A DNA stretch of 64,000 nt from Promethearchaeota archaeon (lineage in GTDB: Archaea > Asgardarchaeota > Lokiarchaeia > Sigyniarchaeales > SOKP01): the NCBI GenBank assembly GCA_048939995.1, contig JBHLOY010000008.1, forward strand, positions 32,001 through 96,000. The letters are read 5' to 3'. The position numbers and the translations under genes are program-made. The notes under the pieces are model-generated. The model was given only the letters and a program-made list of their open reading frames with translations. It did not search any database and had not been told where the DNA came from. This document shows positions 59,286 through 64,000 of this stretch, piece after piece; position 1 is the first letter of the stretch; every line of letters starts with the position of its first letter.

Positions 59286-59849
59286 TTATAGATTTTTACG
59301 CATTACAAGAAAATGTTTTAATTCTTTTTCTACATAAAATCCTTGAGAATGATACATAGAATAGGTCCCATGATAATTATGTGCATCAGATTTTGCGTTC
59401 TTTCTAGGATAACTTTCAATATAATCATAATTTTTGTCTTTAAAGTATTGACAAATATATTTTAATAGTAATGTAGCAACTCCCTTCTTTCTATGTAGAG
59501 ATGAAATTAAGAAGCAAACGATCGATGCTATTTTTTCCGTAGTCTTAACTGGTTCCTCATATATTTGATATTGATAATTTTCTTTTGAGTTAGCATTGCA
59601 CCAACCAATTGGTTTTCCATCTGAATATACTAAAAAACCCTGCATATTGCCAGAAAGTATCAATTCTTTAGATGCATTCCTATTCTGTTCTTTAGTGGTT
59701 TTAGCCCAATCTTCTCTTGAACCCTTAAAATGATAAAATTGGCAATAACAATCAGCCCAATCAGGATTATCGGCAAATCCAATTTCATCAAAAAAGTATA
59801 AAAAATCATTAATTAAGTCTACTGAAAGACATTTGATTTCCAATTCCAT
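59286..59849 (-). CDS. GNAT-family acetyltransferase
   Basis: WADCYC, IGWC, HRKKGVATLLL, ESYP, YHSQGF. Confidence 0.85.
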   Translation of the reverse strand: MELEIKCLSVDLINDFLYFFDEIGFADNPDWADCYCQFYHFKGSREDWAKTTKEQNRNASKELILSGNMQGFLVYSDGKPIGWCNANSKENYQYQIYEEPVKTTEKIASIVCFLISSLHRKKGVATLLLKYICQYFKDKNYDYIESYPRKNAKSDAHNYHGTYSMYHSQGFYVEKELKHFLVMRKNL

Positions 59850-59918
59850 TGAAAATTCCCTATTTATATATTAAATAAAGCTAATATTTCATTTTTTCTA
59901 ATTGGTTCTATAAAGAAT

Positions 59919-61484
59919 TTATTTTATCCCTCGTGTGTTTACAATCGCATTTAACATTACCTTAAGATTTTCATACATAGTCTCTCTATAATCAGGACCA
60001 ATTTTAAGAAAAAGGATCGAGACTAATTTCTCCTCTAAATCTTCTTCGATATGAAACTCTTCCATTAGCTGAGAAATATTACTATTGCCATCAACTCGTA
60101 ATCCCACTATTATTACTCTCTTCTTACGAATCTTTTTAAGTATCTCAATAAGAATATCTTTCCACTCAGATTCGATATCTTTCTTATTTCTTGCATCAAA
60201 TATCACAAAAACACCATCAGTATTAGCAAGATTAAAGTTACTATAAATAAAATCATTTATAATTAAACCATTCTTAAAGGCGAACAATTTTTCTTGAAGA
60301 CTTTCTTTAATTTTGGAATATTCACCCAAATTGCCCAATTCAACAATTGTTTGGAACCCTGGACTCCAATTTAAATTATCTGAGATAAAAGACAACTCTA
60401 ATATAACTAGTTTTTTTAAAGTAGAAAGGATGACATCTGCTAAATCATCTTTAATTAATTCTTTTTCTTTCTGCTTTACTCTTAAAATATAGTGATAAGC
60501 TATCAATTTAAAAGCATCAGATATGTTGGTACCATTTAAGGCACTTGTTTCTGTATAAGATAAACCATTTTCTGATAATGTGTTAGCTAGTTCTTGACCT
60601 TCCTTAAATGAAACTACTCGTTGAACATCTAAATCTGTTTTATTCCCAACGATTACCATTGGAATTTCTTTTTCTTCAATGAATTCAGTTACCTCATCAT
60701 ACCATTCTTTAAGGTTTTCAAAGCTAGATCGATTAGTAATATCAAAAACTAAGAAAGCAGCCTCAGCTCCAGAATAATAAATCTTTCTGAAACGTTTAAA
60801 ATATTGTTGGGCACCTATATCCCAGAGTGTTAGGTTAATTTCATTTCCTTGGAATGTAAACTTATGTGCCAGGATGTTCAAACCAATTGTGGAGCGATAA
60901 TCCGCGGAAAACTTTCTCTCTATAAACCTTCGAATGATAGAAGTCTTGCCTACTTCATGATCTCCCACAATGACGAATTTGAATGTATATGCCTCTTTTT
61001 CCCCTAGACCACCAATTTGATATATTCTCTGTCTTTCTCTTTCATGCCTTTTAGCCTCAGCTTCAAAATTTGGAATGATTAACTGAATAAGATCATCTTC
61101 TTGTGCATGAAGAATCTCGGCAGTTTTTTCAGCAAGGTAATATGCATATGGAGAGAGATGATCTATTGAAGCCATGCTAGCTAAAATCAAACTTAAAATT
61201 CTTTCTTGATCGATTGATACAAATAAGAGCCTATATTCATCAGTATCAAAACTGGCAGTACCAAATTTCTGAAAAGCAAATTCATTTCTTATTCTTTCAA
61301 GTACCGGATTGATTAAAGTGGTTAGGACTGAAACGATCTCAAGTTCACTACCAACATCTTTTCTTTTTTCTCCCGCAATGATTAATCCTTCAATATCAGA
61401 TATAATAATTGCCTCTACTTCATTAAATCTATCTAAAAAATGTCCGAGTAATTCACGAAATAACTTGTTTCTTTTAATTACCAA
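59919..61484 (-). CDS. Roadblock + Rab-like small GTPase + degenerate GTPase-like domain (paralog A)
   Basis: IIISDIEGLIIA roadblock; GDHEVGKTS, STIG, WDIGAQ, GNKTD, ETSAL. Confidence 0.88.
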   Translation of the reverse strand: MVIKRNKLFRELLGHFLDRFNEVEAIIISDIEGLIIAGEKRKDVGSELEIVSVLTTLINPVLERIRNEFAFQKFGTASFDTDEYRLLFVSIDQERILSLILASMASIDHLSPYAYYLAEKTAEILHAQEDDLIQLIIPNFEAEAKRHERERQRIYQIGGLGEKEAYTFKFVIVGDHEVGKTSIIRRFIERKFSADYRSTIGLNILAHKFTFQGNEINLTLWDIGAQQYFKRFRKIYYSGAEAAFLVFDITNRSSFENLKEWYDEVTEFIEEKEIPMVIVGNKTDLDVQRVVSFKEGQELANTLSENGLSYTETSALNGTNISDAFKLIAYHYILRVKQKEKELIKDDLADVILSTLKKLVILELSFISDNLNWSPGFQTIVELGNLGEYSKIKESLQEKLFAFKNGLIINDFIYSNFNLANTDGVFVIFDARNKKDIESEWKDILIEILKKIRKKRVIIVGLRVDGNSNISQLMEEFHIEEDLEEKLVSILFLKIGPDYRETMYENLKVMLNAIVNTRGIK

Positions 61485-61614
61485 CTGAGGCTCCTTTTTA
61501 TTTATGATTAATAATATTCTCAGAATATTCTTACAATTAATATAATAAATCTTATTTTTAAAAATAGTTATTTATAAAAAATAATATTGAAGTAAAAATT
61601 CATTAAAAAAGAAT

Positions 61615-63186
61615 CTAAGTTAGATCTTTGATGGTGTTGAACATTATTTCTAATTGATCGTAAATCTCAAGACGATATTCGATTCCAATCTTAAAAAAGA
61701 GAGCAGAGAGCATTTTTTTTTCTAAATATTCATTTAGATCGAAGTCTTCCATAATCTGTGACCAGTTAGTTTCGTCTGATACTCTTATTCCTATTAAAAC
61801 AACTTTATTTTCTTCAAGGTTAGTTATAATCTCTATAACTATATCCTTCCATTTAGGTTCAATATGCTTTTTATCTCGAGCGTCAAAAATTAGAAAGACA
61901 CCATCAGAATCAGAAACGTCAAAATCGTCGAAAAGAAAATTCTTTATCACTAAACCATTTGAAAAATCATAAATCCTTTTTTCTTTATTATCATCAAATT
62001 TTTGACAATCACACAATTTGTTAATTTCTGTTAAAATCTGTAATCCAGGGCTCCAAAAGGGATTTTTAGTTATAAATGAAATTGTTAATCTGTTATTCTT
62101 AGTTAGAATGGAATTAATAATTTCCATTAAATCCACCCTTAAACGTTGTTCTTCTAAATCTTTTGCTCTCATAATATAATGGTATGCAATTAAATTAAAA
62201 GCATCAGGTATGTTTTCACCGGTTAAAGCACTAGTCTCAATGTATGATATACCTCCTTCATAATGACTTCCACTTAACTCATTAGCCAATCTCACACCTT
62301 CTTCATAAGATACGACTCTTTCTTTTTCTAAGTCGATTTTATTTCCTATAATAATGATAGGTATTTGCTTAGCTCTTAAAAACGTCTTAACTTCATTATA
62401 CCAATTTTGAATATTCGAAAATGAATTTTTATTAGTCACATCAAACACAATAAAGGTTGCTTGAGTACCTGAATAATAAGTTTTTCTTAATCTCTTAAAG
62501 AATTCCTGAGCTCCGATATCATATAAAAGAAAAATTACTTGATTCTCATATAACTCAATAGAATGAGACATTACATCAATCCCTATAGTAGAACGGTAAT
62601 CTTCAGAAAATTTCTGCTCTACAAATTGCCTTATTATTGAAGTTTTTCCAACCTCGTGATCACCAATGAGTACACATTTGAATTTATACTTTCCACCTGA
62701 TTCTAGTCGCATTTGATATATTTGTTCCTTAATCCGTTCTAAATCTTCAGAAACGCCAGCCTCAAAATTTGGTATTTTTAATTGAATATGATCTCCTTCT
62801 TTTGCTATTAATATTTGAGCAGTTTTTTCAGCAAGAAAAAAAGCATAAGGAGAAATCTTATCGATTGAGCCTAATGTATTAAGAACTATTGTTAGAGTTG
62901 TATTTTCATCAATTGAAATGAAGAGAAAACGATATTTTTCAGTATCAAAACTTGAACTACCAAATTTCTTAAACGCAAATTCATTTCTGATTCTTTCTAA
63001 AACAGGGTTTATAAGTGCGGTTAAAACTGATACTAATTCCATATCGACGGTAATTTTCTTCTCTCCAGCAATTATAAAACCCTCATGATCAGAAACAATA
63101 ACAGCTTCAATCTCTTTATCAATTTCTAAGAATTTTGTGAATATTTCTTTAAATAGAGGATCAAAATTTATTGCCATTGTAATCAT
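61615..63186 (-). CDS. Roadblock + Rab-like small GTPase + degenerate GTPase-like domain (paralog B)
   Basis: VIVSDHEGFIIA roadblock; GDHEVGKTS, STIG, YDIGAQ, GNKID, ETSAL. Confidence 0.88.
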   Translation of the reverse strand: MITMAINFDPLFKEIFTKFLEIDKEIEAVIVSDHEGFIIAGEKKITVDMELVSVLTALINPVLERIRNEFAFKKFGSSSFDTEKYRFLFISIDENTTLTIVLNTLGSIDKISPYAFFLAEKTAQILIAKEGDHIQLKIPNFEAGVSEDLERIKEQIYQMRLESGGKYKFKCVLIGDHEVGKTSIIRQFVEQKFSEDYRSTIGIDVMSHSIELYENQVIFLLYDIGAQEFFKRLRKTYYSGTQATFIVFDVTNKNSFSNIQNWYNEVKTFLRAKQIPIIIIGNKIDLEKERVVSYEEGVRLANELSGSHYEGGISYIETSALTGENIPDAFNLIAYHYIMRAKDLEEQRLRVDLMEIINSILTKNNRLTISFITKNPFWSPGLQILTEINKLCDCQKFDDNKEKRIYDFSNGLVIKNFLFDDFDVSDSDGVFLIFDARDKKHIEPKWKDIVIEIITNLEENKVVLIGIRVSDETNWSQIMEDFDLNEYLEKKMLSALFFKIGIEYRLEIYDQLEIMFNTIKDLT

Positions 63187-63302
63187 TTTGCTAAATTTGA
63201 TATTAAAAAAATATTAGTAACAATGTAAAATATTAATAATGCAAAAGAACATAAACTTAAAAGTAGTAATTTTATATTTTATTAAAGAGTTTTCAGATTG
63301 AA

Positions 63303-63878
63303 ATGGCTAACTGCATAATTTGTCATCTGGGAATTATTATAGGGAAAGATAATTTTCAAGAGTGCCCAAATGGACATCCCACTCATGGAGATTGTCTACA
63401 AGAATGGTTAACACATGCTTCTAATTGTCCTCTATGTAATGAACCATACCCCCAAAATATAATTGAGCAATTTAAAGACTATATAGATAAGAAAGAATTA
63501 GAGAAAAAGAAAGCACTTGAAGAAGAAATTAAGAAAGAGACAGTAAAGAAAATAAAAGAAGCTGCTGATAAGATTGCTTTGATGAAATTCATTGAATCTA
63601 TAGAATCGTTAATCAAACAAAAAAAGTATGACTACGCATTATCTAGATTAGAGTTGCATGATGAAGAAAACATTTCAACAGAGAAAGGAAGAAAAATTTT
63701 GTTTCTTAAAGGAAAAGTAAATTATTTGAAAGGAAGATATGATTTGGCAATCAACTATTTGTTCAAATTGGTTAAAGAGAAATTTGATTACCCCGATGGC
63801 TTTCTTTTCCTAGGACTATCATATGAAGCTCTTGGATTAACCGATAAAGCAAAATGGGCTTATGATAGAATTAATTAA
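63303..63878 (+). CDS. RING-H2 finger + coiled coil + TPR protein (putative E3 ligase)
   Basis: CIIC...CPNGHPTHGDCLQEWL...CPLC; TPR-like KGKVNYLKGRYDLAI, LGLSYEALG..DKA. Confidence 0.85.
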   Translation: MANCIICHLGIIIGKDNFQECPNGHPTHGDCLQEWLTHASNCPLCNEPYPQNIIEQFKDYIDKKELEKKKALEEEIKKETVKKIKEAADKIALMKFIESIESLIKQKKYDYALSRLELHDEENISTEKGRKILFLKGKVNYLKGRYDLAINYLFKLVKEKFDYPDGFLFLGLSYEALGLTDKAKWAYDRIN

Positions 63879-63904
63879 AGCTCTGATTTTATAATACTTA
63901 GATT

Positions 63905-64000
63905 ATGAAAAATTGTTGTTTAACAATAGCAGGTTCTGATCCTACTTCAGGAGCTGGAATTCAGGCAGATATTAGAACATTTGATAGATGTGGAGTTCAT
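63905..64000 (+). CDS. thiD: Hydroxymethylpyrimidine/phosphomethylpyrimidine kinase, 5' fragment (runs off the right edge)
   Basis: [26 protein letters not shown] signature. Confidence 0.9.
   Translation, partial: MKNCCLTIAGSDPTSGAGIQADIRTFDRCGVH

Noticed and set aside
1-64000. CRISPR arrays, transposases, integrases, rRNA; remaining short antisense or overlapping ORFs in the track
   Set aside because: No regularly spaced repeats, mobile-element genes or rRNA-like GC-rich tracts seen; the short ORFs overlap well-supported genes and lack motifs.

Overview
AT-rich archaeal sequence that looks like an Asgard archaeon (Lokiarchaeia-like). Supporting genes include an archaeal LeuRS, aIF-1A, an Sm/Lsm protein, an archaeal histone, roadblock-fused Rab-like GTPases, a RING-H2/TPR protein and a longin-like protein. 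Most of the window is fatty-acid/CoA, redox and C1 metabolism (ETF, acyl-CoA dehydrogenases, thiolase, CoA ligases, AOR, LpdA, URO-D-family methyltransferases), plus tandem arrays of 3 cold-shock proteins, 4 RimJ/RimL GNATs and 2 GTPases. Main discoveries: (1) A CaiB/BaiF CoA-transferase gene is interrupted by a 31-nt insertion (32707-32737) that forms a canonical bulge-helix-bulge (BHB). Canonical cleavage would exactly restore the frame and the conserved VE-PP motif, making it a candidate spliced mRNA intron. The same window has a tRNA-Arg(CCT) with a BHB intron at the non-canonical T-loop position 58/59. (2) An unannotated 29-aa leader ORF ending in five consecutive Leu codons, followed by a hairpin and U-tracts, lies directly upstream of leuS (candidate archaeal attenuator). 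(3) A candidate proto-coat locus (longin, BBS2-like beta-propeller, mu-homology-like protein). Also noted: probable ATC/ATA start codons, a Cys-rich micro-protein next to a Cys-rich MarR, and structurally conserved 3' UTRs of the csp paralogs. All calls were made by eye; no searches or folding programs were run.
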